Assembly: GCA_037380845.1 (NCBI GenBank)
Contig: JARRRI010000024.1
Location: 1 to 35,599 of the forward strand
Source: Candidatus Sulfobium sp.
GTDB taxonomy: Bacteria; Nitrospirota; Thermodesulfovibrionia; Thermodesulfovibrionales; UBA6898
Reading direction: 5' to 3'
Length of the DNA: 35,599 bases
The notes beneath the pieces were generated by a model. It was not told the origin of the DNA. It did no database searches and worked only from the letters and a program-made list of their open reading frames with translations. Position 1 is the stretch's first letter, and the number at the start of each line of letters is the position of its first letter. Positions 29,038 to 35,599 of this stretch are shown here, piece after piece. The translations under genes and the position numbers were made by a program.

Positions 29038-29511
29038 TCAGCGCTTGAAGTGTCCGCTCCTGCCACCGCTCTTTTCCACCAGGAGTATGCCCGAGATCAC
29101 CATTTCCCTGTCGACGGCCTTGCACATGTCATAGACGGTGAGGGCAGCTGCGGCAACGGCCGTCAGGGCCTCCATCTCGACGCCAGTCCGGCCTGTAACC
29201 TTCACCCGTGACAGAATGCCGATGCGAGATTCTCTTTCGTCGATCTCGAAATGTATCGCTATGGAAGCGATGTTCAGGGGGTGGCACAGGGGAATGAGCT
29301 CAGGCGTCCTCTTGGCAGCCATGATTCCCGCGATACGCGCCGTTGCCAGCACATCACCTTTAGGGACATTCCCGTCAGCGATCAGTTGAAGGGTCTCTTT
29401 TTTCATGCTGATCGAGCCTTGGGCTACCGCCTCTCTCAGGGTCGGTTGTTTTCCGGAGACATCTACCATCCTGGACTGACCTTTGTCGTCTGCGTGGCTG
29501 AGCTTGCTCAT
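29038..29511 (-). CDS. moaC: Cyclic pyranopterin monophosphate synthase MoaC
   Basis: MVDVSGK, KGDVL, AGIMAAKRTPELIPLCH, TGVEMEAL, YDMCKAVD, KSGGRSG. Confidence 0.97.
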   Translation of the reverse strand: MSKLSHADDKGQSRMVDVSGKQPTLREAVAQGSISMKKETLQLIADGNVPKGDVLATARIAGIMAAKRTPELIPLCHPLNIASIAIHFEIDERESRIGILSRVKVTGRTGVEMEALTAVAAAALTVYDMCKAVDREMVISGILLVEKSGGRSGHFKR

Positions 29512-30548
29512 CCGCCTATTTTCGACATCGGTCTATTTCCGGACGATCCGGTGGAAGAGGTGGGCGATCCGGCCATTTTCCGGCTTTTGGCGCTGAGCAG
29601 GGCATCGGGGGAGAGGTTTCTGAAATGGTGACCTTCCGGTTTCACCTGCACCGCCAGACGCAGAAGGCGGGCTATTTCAGAATCGGGAGCGCCGTTGCGC
29701 AGCGGGGATTTCAGGTCGATTTCGGACTCCGAGAAAAGGCAGGGTCTCAGCTTTCCATCCGCCGTCAACCTCAGGCGGTTGCAATCTTCACAGAAGTGGT
29801 GGCTGAGAGCGCTTATGAAACCCACTACGCCTCTTGCCCCTTTTAGCCTGAAATATCGTGAAGGGCCTTTCTTCCTGGGACGGACAGGTTCAAGGGGGCC
29901 GAGGTCCTCTATTTTTTCCCGTATTTGTTCGGCCTCGATATATCTTTCAGGGCTCCAGAAGTCGATGCATGCAGACGGCATCAATTCAATGAACCTCACC
30001 TGGTAATCCGAATCGATGGTAAGCCGGGCGAAAGCCTCTATCTCGGCATCGTTTATCCCCTTCATGGGCACCATGTTTATCTTGATGGGAAGAAGACCCG
30101 CCTTTTCTGCGGCGGAAATTCCCCTCAGAACGGTCTGAAGCTCTCCTGTCCTTGTGATCTCCCGGTATCTCTCGGGCAAGAAGGAATCCAGGCTGATGTT
30201 GACCCTGTCCAGCCCTGCTGACGCAATTTCATCCGAGTATTTTTCCAGCAGGACGCCGTTGGTGGTCATGCTTAGGTCTTCGATGCCCATGACAGCTTTC
30301 AGCGAGGATATGAGAAAGACTACGTTCTTCCTGGTGAGCGGTTCGCCTCCGGTAAGTCTGATCTTTCTCACTCCCAGACCGGCTGCGATCCGTACTACCC
30401 GGATAATCTCCTCGTATCTTAGTATGTCTTTATGCCCGCAGGGGAAAACCCCGTCTGCTGGCATACAGTAAATGCACCTCAGATTGCACCGGTCGGTGAT
30501 AGATATTCTCATGTAATCTATCACCCTGAGGAAATTATCCTTCAACAT
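29508..30548 (-). CDS. moaA: GTP 3',8-cyclase MoaA
   Basis: RISITDRCNLRCIYCMP radical-SAM motif, LTGGEP, FCEDCNRLRLTADGKLRPCL second cluster, C-terminal MSKIGG. Confidence 0.97.
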   Translation of the reverse strand: MLKDNFLRVIDYMRISITDRCNLRCIYCMPADGVFPCGHKDILRYEEIIRVVRIAAGLGVRKIRLTGGEPLTRKNVVFLISSLKAVMGIEDLSMTTNGVLLEKYSDEIASAGLDRVNISLDSFLPERYREITRTGELQTVLRGISAAEKAGLLPIKINMVPMKGINDAEIEAFARLTIDSDYQVRFIELMPSACIDFWSPERYIEAEQIREKIEDLGPLEPVRPRKKGPSRYFRLKGARGVVGFISALSHHFCEDCNRLRLTADGKLRPCLFSESEIDLKSPLRNGAPDSEIARLLRLAVQVKPEGHHFRNLSPDALLSAKSRKMAGSPTSSTGSSGNRPMSKIGG

Positions 30549-30554
30549 GGTTGC

Positions 30555-31532
30555 CTACTTCTTTCTGCCCGGTTTTTTCTCCAGTTGGGCGATCTTCTTC
30601 CTGGCGACCGCGGCCTCCTTTGAGTCCGGAAACTTCTCGATGAGCCTTCTCAGGATGATCGTCCCGGTCTTGGCGTCTCCTATGTCGGTGAAGGCCAGCC
30701 CCTGCTTCAACATGGCGGCGCTTGTCTTGGCGCTCCCGGGATACTTTTTCAGCAGGGTTTCATAGGCAAGGATGGCGCCTTCGTAATCCTTTTCAGCGTA
30801 GTAGGTTTCACCTATCCAGAACTGGGCGTTGTCGGTAAGATCATTCTTCGGATAATTCTTTATAAAGGATTCGAATTTCCGCCTGGCCTCCTTGTATTTC
30901 TTGTCCTTGAATGCCTGGTAAGCCTCGTCATAGGCCTTCACTCTCTCCTCTGAGGCGCTTTCTGCCGGTGCTGTCTGCTCCGCCGGAGCCGTTTCCTTTT
31001 TCATCTGTCCCGGTGCTTTCTCCCCAGGGGATGGTGAAGGCGAAGGGGAAAGGGAAGGCTTTTTCGGTCCCTCAGATAGCGCCGCCTGAGCCCCAGGGGT
31101 CGGGGCAGCCGCTTCCGGTGCGCCGCCAAGCCTGTCCCTGAGGGCCTTGACCTGTGCTTCGAGCCCCTGTATCTGGGTCCTCAGGAGATCCCGGTCAGTC
31201 CCGGAGTCCTTCAGTGTCTTTTCCACGTAATATTTGTTTTCCTCGAACCTGCCGCGCAAGGACTGAAGGTCCTGCGAGATTTCCGTGAGCCTCGAGTTTA
31301 TTTCGGCCTGGCCTTCACGAACGGCGCCAAGGGAGCCTTCCTTGCCCATTTTCAGCGACCCTACTTCCTTCGTGGCAGCATCCGTCTTCTGCCTCAGTAC
31401 ATTAAGCTCCTTCTGCATTTCAAAAGAATTCCGTTTCAGGTCGTTGATGTCCTGCCTCATGAGGTCAATATCGCTTGACGCACATGCGGCAAGAGAAACG
31501 AGCAGCAGGAGTGAGATGATGGTCTTCGCCAC
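30555..31532 (-). CDS. cpoB: Tol-Pal system protein CpoB/YbgF (lipoprotein form)
   Basis: Lipobox LAA-C, coiled coil, Pro/Ala linker, TPRs (YP..DNAQFWIGE, AMLKQG, FPDSKEA); follows pal. Confidence 0.88.
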   Translation of the reverse strand: MAKTIISLLLLVSLAACASSDIDLMRQDINDLKRNSFEMQKELNVLRQKTDAATKEVGSLKMGKEGSLGAVREGQAEINSRLTEISQDLQSLRGRFEENKYYVEKTLKDSGTDRDLLRTQIQGLEAQVKALRDRLGGAPEAAAPTPGAQAALSEGPKKPSLSPSPSPSPGEKAPGQMKKETAPAEQTAPAESASEERVKAYDEAYQAFKDKKYKEARRKFESFIKNYPKNDLTDNAQFWIGETYYAEKDYEGAILAYETLLKKYPGSAKTSAAMLKQGLAFTDIGDAKTGTIILRRLIEKFPDSKEAAVARKKIAQLEKKPGRKK

Positions 31533-32089
31533 TATTTGCCCTCACCGAGGATCACAAAATGGGCCCGCCTGTTCTTTGCCCAGCACGTCTCGTTATGTTC
31601 GGTGCAGACGGGTTTTTCCTCACCGTAGCTCAGCGTTTCGATCCTGGAAGAAGGCACCCCGAGAGAAACGAGGTAGTCCTCGACAGCCTTTGCCCTTCTG
31701 TCGCCGAGAGCCAGGTTGTACTCGTTGGTTCCCCGTTCGTCGGTATTTCCTTCTATCGAAAGCCTGGCACCGGGATGCTGAGTCATCCAGTCGGCAACTG
31801 ATTTCAGTTCATCTTTGTATTTGGGCTTCACGTCGTATTTATCGAAATCGAAGAGGATGTCGGGCCACTTTCCTTCTTTTCGCTCCATCTCCATTTCCCT
31901 GGAGCCGACGGATTCGACCTTGGAGCCGACTTCCGCCTCGGTGACTTTTTCAGGTGCCTTGGTCTGCATCTGCTCCGATTCTTTTTGCTGCTGGGCCGGC
32001 TGTGCCTCGGGCTTTGTTACCATCCTCTGCTTGCAGCCGAATGAGATCGCAACGGCCAGTAAAACGAGAAAAATCCAGTACCTTTTCAT
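31532..32089 (-). CDS. pal: Peptidoglycan-associated lipoprotein Pal
   Basis: Lipobox SFG-C; ILFDFDK, EGNTDERGTNEYNLALGDRRA, SYGEEKP, WAKNRR. Confidence 0.96.
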   Translation of the reverse strand: MKRYWIFLVLLAVAISFGCKQRMVTKPEAQPAQQQKESEQMQTKAPEKVTEAEVGSKVESVGSREMEMERKEGKWPDILFDFDKYDVKPKYKDELKSVADWMTQHPGARLSIEGNTDERGTNEYNLALGDRRAKAVEDYLVSLGVPSSRIETLSYGEEKPVCTEHNETCWAKNRRAHFVILGEGK

Positions 32090-32105
32090 AACATCCTCCT
32101 AAAAA

Positions 32106-33392
32106 TTAATTCGGCGACCATCTTGGGCCGAGGGCCTTCAGGTCTTTCTCTGTAATTCTTTTTTGGGATTCCCCGTTTGCTCTCATAATGTATATGCCCT
32201 TTGTCCTGTCCCGGTCCGAGGAGAACGTTATGTACCGCCCGTCGGGGGAAAAAGAGGGGTCCTCGTTATTGCCCGACTCGGTCAGCTGCATCAGCTGTGA
32301 GCCGTCCGGCTTCACCGTGAAGATCTGGTTCCTGCCGCCGCGCCTGCCCGCAAAAACGATCCTGTCGCCCGCCGGGGACCAGCTCGGGGACGTATTGTAA
32401 GAACCTTCGAATGTTACCCTTCTTATATCTGTGCCGTCGGAATTCATCACGTAGATCTGCGGACTGCCTCCCCGGTCCGAGACGAACGCTATCTGCCTGC
32501 CGTCCGGGGAGACGGCGGGGGATACCTCGATGCCGTAAGAGGAGGTCAGCCTTCTCACTGAGCCGTCGGTCAGGGAGTAAGTATAAAGGTCGGGCGTACC
32601 TTTTCGGGACGAAGAAAAGACAAAGGAATTTCCGTTCGGGAAAAAATCGCCCGCCATGTTTATTCCCGCGGATGTGAAGACCCTCTTCTCCGTCATTCTC
32701 AGGAAGTCTAACAAATATATGCTCCATTGTCTACCCCGTTCTGCAGAGTAAATGATCTTGGTGCCGTCGGGCGACCAGTGCGGCGAAAGCACCGTACCGG
32801 CCCTCAATCCGATCTTCTTCATCCGCCTGCCGTCCCAGTCCGTTATGTATATGCCGCCCTTGCCACCGGCGACACCCACGAAAGCGATTTTCGTCCTGAA
32901 GACGCCCCGCTGCCCGGTCAAGGCGGTATATATATCGTCGGCGATGCTGTGGGCCAGGGGTCGGAGAAGGTCTGACCCGGCCTGGTATTGCTTCCTGAAG
33001 ACGGCCTTGCCTTCGAGCGTATCATAGAGCGTTACGGTTGCGGTCAGATTCGCGCCGCCCGCGACCGTCCCTTTTACCACCGCCTCCACACCCAGAGGGG
33101 TCCAGTTCCCGGGATCGAAGGGCTGGGAAGCCGACTCTATGAAGGATGCCTTGTCGAGGCAGACAAAAAAACCGGTAAAGGTGAGGTCGTCCCTGATGAT
33201 GTCCGCTATCCTGTTTCCCCCCGGCCCTTCGAGATCGAAGACCGCGACAGGCAGCTTCTTCGCTTGTGGTGAAGTGATATCGATATAGACCTTGGCGAAG
33301 GCCGGGGAAGACGCCAGAAACAGGCAGAGGAAGCAGATCGCAGCAGCAAAGAGACTGCTTATGGCCGTTATGCCCGCGCGTCGACTCGTCAT
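32106..33392 (-). CDS. tolB: Tol-Pal beta-propeller protein TolB
   Basis: Signal peptide ending AFA, VYIDIT, AHSIAD, GVFRTKIAFV, PD40 repeats (SPDGRQIAFVSDRGGSPQIY); start at 33392 (ATGA overlap with tolA stop). Confidence 0.95.
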   Translation of the reverse strand: MTSRRAGITAISSLFAAAICFLCLFLASSPAFAKVYIDITSPQAKKLPVAVFDLEGPGGNRIADIIRDDLTFTGFFVCLDKASFIESASQPFDPGNWTPLGVEAVVKGTVAGGANLTATVTLYDTLEGKAVFRKQYQAGSDLLRPLAHSIADDIYTALTGQRGVFRTKIAFVGVAGGKGGIYITDWDGRRMKKIGLRAGTVLSPHWSPDGTKIIYSAERGRQWSIYLLDFLRMTEKRVFTSAGINMAGDFFPNGNSFVFSSSRKGTPDLYTYSLTDGSVRRLTSSYGIEVSPAVSPDGRQIAFVSDRGGSPQIYVMNSDGTDIRRVTFEGSYNTSPSWSPAGDRIVFAGRRGGRNQIFTVKPDGSQLMQLTESGNNEDPSFSPDGRYITFSSDRDRTKGIYIMRANGESQKRITEKDLKALGPRWSPN

Positions 33393-34034
33393 AGGAAGAA
33401 CCTTATACCTATTTCCATCTCCATCCTGTTGGGAGGCGGACTGACGGGGGATGCACTCCTGAGAGCCATAAGCGCCGAGCGGTCGAAAATGCGATTCCCC
33501 GAGCTTTTTTCGATTTTCTTTACCGTTATTGTTCCATCCCTTCCTATAAGCACGGAAATGACGGCTTCCAGATTCTTTTCTCCCATAGTGGGATCCCATC
33601 CCCATTGCTTCCATATCTCGCCGGTGATCTTGTCCATGTAAGTCCCTTCACTCATTTGGCCGGTCCCTTTGCCGACCCCCCGGGCCTGCGATGTCTGTTT
33701 TGCGTCGGATTCCTGGCCTTTGACAGGTATCGAAATTATCTCACGCAACCTGCTTCTTTCCTTTATCCTTTCCAGGGCCGCCAACTCGGCTATTCTGTCT
33801 GCGACCCTCCGTTCGTCTGTCTTTTCATTTACCGGGGCCCGCATCTTTTCTTTCACCTGCGCCCTTTTTGTGCCGGGACCCGGCGGACCGCGACTGACTG
33901 ACCAGGTCCACAACGTAAGGTGAGGGAAGTTTCATGTGGTTCGACTGTCTCAGGACGACGGCAGCTACCAGAAAAAGAGTCAGGTGAAGGAATGCCGACA
34001 GAACGGCGGTTTTCTGCAGGCTCGGGGCCTTCAT
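33389..34034 (-). pseudogene. tolA: TolA/TonB-family protein split by frameshift (ORFs 33825-34034 and 33389-33913)
   Basis: N-part TM with SxxLH (SAFLH); C-part TonB/TolA C-domain (IGRDGTI...SSGNRIFDRSALMAL..ASP); between tolR and tolB; frames rejoin on removing one CAGT from GTCAGTCAGTC. Confidence 0.78.
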
Positions 34035-34432
34035 TTTACATCGAGTTTCGGCTCGGTTATCATCCCCAGTTTTTCTATGCCCGCATCCTTGACTTCACCC
34101 ATTACCTGGACCACAAACCCGTAAGGCACGTCCTTGTCCGCCTTCAGAAATATGTCGGGGTTGAGTTTGCTCATCGCGGCAAGTTTCTTCCTGAGTTCGG
34201 GAAGCGTATAACGTGTCTTGTTGAGATAGACGGTCCGGTCTTTTCTGACCACCAGAGATATCCTTTCCTGGGGCGGAAGGTCCTTCCCCTTGGCCTGAGG
34301 CAGGTTGACGTCGATTCCCTGCTGCATAAGCGGCGCGGTCACCATGAAAATGACCAGGAGAACGAGCATGACATCCACAAAGGGGGTGACGTTGATCTCC
34401 GAGAGTACTCCCCTGTGTCTGTTCGCCTTCAC
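34031..34432 (-). CDS. tolR: Tol-Pal protein TolR
   Basis: SEINVTPFVDVMLVLLVIFMVTAP...VNLP...KADKDVPYG. Confidence 0.95.
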   Translation of the reverse strand: MKANRHRGVLSEINVTPFVDVMLVLLVIFMVTAPLMQQGIDVNLPQAKGKDLPPQERISLVVRKDRTVYLNKTRYTLPELRKKLAAMSKLNPDIFLKADKDVPYGFVVQVMGEVKDAGIEKLGMITEPKLDVK

Positions 34433-35058
34433 TCTTCGCCCCTGCTGAAGATCTCAATCAGGTCTTCGGAGAAGTCCTCCATCTCTATGATCATCTTCCT
34501 TGCCATGCTGAGATAATAATTATAGGCGATCACGGCGGGTATGGCCGCGACAAGCCCGACAGCGGTAGCGATAAGGGCTTCGGCGATCCCGGGGGCGACG
34601 ACCGCCAGCGATGCGGAGCCGGCGAATCCGATACCGTGGAAGGAGGTCATGATGCCCCAGACCGTGCCGAATAGCCCTATAAAGGGCGCGGTAGAGCCTG
34701 TGGTCGCAAGGAAATTGAGATACCTTTCGAGCTTTACCGATTCCAGCGTGCCATACCTTCTCAAGAGTCTTTTGACTTCGTTCTGGTCCCTTCTGACGTC
34801 GTCTGTGTACACCGACTTGAAAACGTTCGCTATCGGGCTCAAGGAAAGTCCTTTGGTGGCTTTGTAAAGCTGACGGGGAACCCTGTTGGTCCTGAAAAGG
34901 CGGAGAAACTGTTCGGACTCCTTGTTCGCCTTGGAAAAATATCTCTGCTTGAAGAATATTATGGCCCAGGAAACTACGGAGAAGAAAAGAAGAAGGAGCA
35001 GAACGCCCTTTACAACTATCCCGGCCTGCAATACCAGAGTTAAAACGGATTCTTTCAT
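34429..35058 (-). CDS. tolQ: Tol-Pal protein TolQ
   Basis: LATTGSTAPFIGLFGTVWGIM...VAPGIAEALIATAVGL.AAIPAV. Confidence 0.95.
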   Translation of the reverse strand: MKESVLTLVLQAGIVVKGVLLLLLFFSVVSWAIIFFKQRYFSKANKESEQFLRLFRTNRVPRQLYKATKGLSLSPIANVFKSVYTDDVRRDQNEVKRLLRRYGTLESVKLERYLNFLATTGSTAPFIGLFGTVWGIMTSFHGIGFAGSASLAVVAPGIAEALIATAVGLVAAIPAVIAYNYYLSMARKMIIEMEDFSEDLIEIFSRGEE

Positions 35059-35083
35059 GTGTTACCTCATCATTCGTTTCTTG

Positions 35084-35112
35084 AATTTAAAAAATCAGGT
35101 TTGAAAAGTCAA
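35084..35112 (-). promoter_or_regulatory. Possible sigma70 promoter for tol-pal operon
   Basis: Minus strand TTGACT-17 nt-TAAATT; GAGG SD before tolQ. Confidence 0.45.
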
Positions 35113-35174
35113 ATCTGATCCTGAACCGCTCATATATTATAGTACAAACGGAGAGTAATAAAATAATGGGCTTT

Positions 35175-35183
35175 TGTTATAAT
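35175..35183 (+). promoter_or_regulatory. Extended -10 promoter for tRNA-Ser
   Basis: TGTTATAAT 9 nt upstream of the tRNA 5' end, in AT-rich DNA. Confidence 0.6.
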
Positions 35184-35192
35184 AATCCACCC

Positions 35193-35282
35193 GGAGGGGT
35201 GGCCGAGCGGTTGAAGGCGACGGTCTTGAAAATCGTTGTAGGGGCGACTCTACCGTGAGTTCGAATCTCACCCCCTCCGCCA
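35193..35282 (+). tRNA. tRNA-Ser (anticodon TGA)
   Basis: GGAGGGG/CCCCTCC acceptor stem, discriminator G + CCA, anticodon arm ACGGT-CTTGAAA-ATCGT, long variable arm GTAGGG..CTCTAC, GTTCGAATC T-loop; 90 nt. Confidence 0.96.
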
Positions 35283-35531
35283 GTTACTTCGGCGGCGACA
35301 TAAATAGACGGGTTAGACTTCGTGATGTTTATTATTCCTTCCCGACCTGCCGGATCACGGTGCCGCCGGGTCACTTTCCACACCTTCCGTGAATAGTTCA
35401 GAACTGCACATCCGGGAAACGGAAATTGTGCGGAAAGGTACAGTTCCGGCCATTTTTATCTTTATTTTCCGGGCATGTCTCTTGCTCTCAATCGTAGTGT
35501 GACGAGATATTTTACAAATTCAGGGTTCGTG

Positions 35532-35599
35532 ATGAGAGTGGCCCTGGTGTCTTGCCTTTTTCTCTTTGCCTTGAGCGCACCAGCTCACGGGTCGGCAAA
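35532..35599 (+). CDS. Start of a probable secreted protein (3' truncated; alternative in-frame ATG at 35475)
   Basis: MRVALVSCLFLFALSAPAHGSA... reads as a Sec signal peptide; frame open to the window end. Confidence 0.45.
   Translation, partial: MRVALVSCLFLFALSAPAHGSA

Noticed and set aside
29508..30548. Radical-SAM gene after cpoB as queE
   Set aside because: Second CxxC-x13-C cluster motif, C-terminal GG and adjacent moaC identify MoaA
31020..31060. GGTGAAGGCGAAGGGGAAAGGGAAGG short repeat in cpoB
   Set aside because: In-frame Ser-Pro linker (PSLSPSPSPSP); ordinary low-complexity sequence
35193..35282. tRNA-Sec (selC) interpretation of the long-variable-arm tRNA
   Set aside because: Anticodon is TGA (reads UCA, Ser), not TCA, and the acceptor stem is the standard 7 bp; it gives no support to the selenoprotein candidate

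Overview
Bacterial core-genome window, tentatively a Nitrospirota/Thermodesulfovibrionia-like or deltaproteobacteria-like anaerobe (inferred from gene order and protein style, not searched). Positions 1-14629 hold the end of tuf and an almost complete S10-spc-alpha ribosomal superoperon (rpsJ to rplQ, with secY, map, infA and rpoA; adk is absent). Directly after rplQ is an unannotated small membrane ORF with an in-frame TGA followed by a SECIS-like hairpin and a downstream Cys, a candidate small selenoprotein. Then come smc, a frameshifted GlcD-type FAD oxidase and a TlpA/ResA thioredoxin. On the minus strand, listed by increasing coordinate, are an outer-membrane beta-barrel, an SdrD-B/8-blade beta-propeller lipoprotein, an operon of two orphan OppD/OppF ATPases plus a TPR protein, a four-gene unit coupling an exosortase (XrtH-like) and its Cys-less partner membrane protein to a minimal System II cytochrome c maturation pair (CcsA with WTPKE, short ResB), moaC-moaA, and the tol-pal operon (tolA split by an apparent 4-bp duplication). 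The window ends with tRNA-Ser(TGA) and the start of a secreted-protein gene. Best leads: the exosortase-CcsBA operon, the candidate selenoprotein, and mutually exclusive terminator/antiterminator hairpins between rpsD and rpoA.
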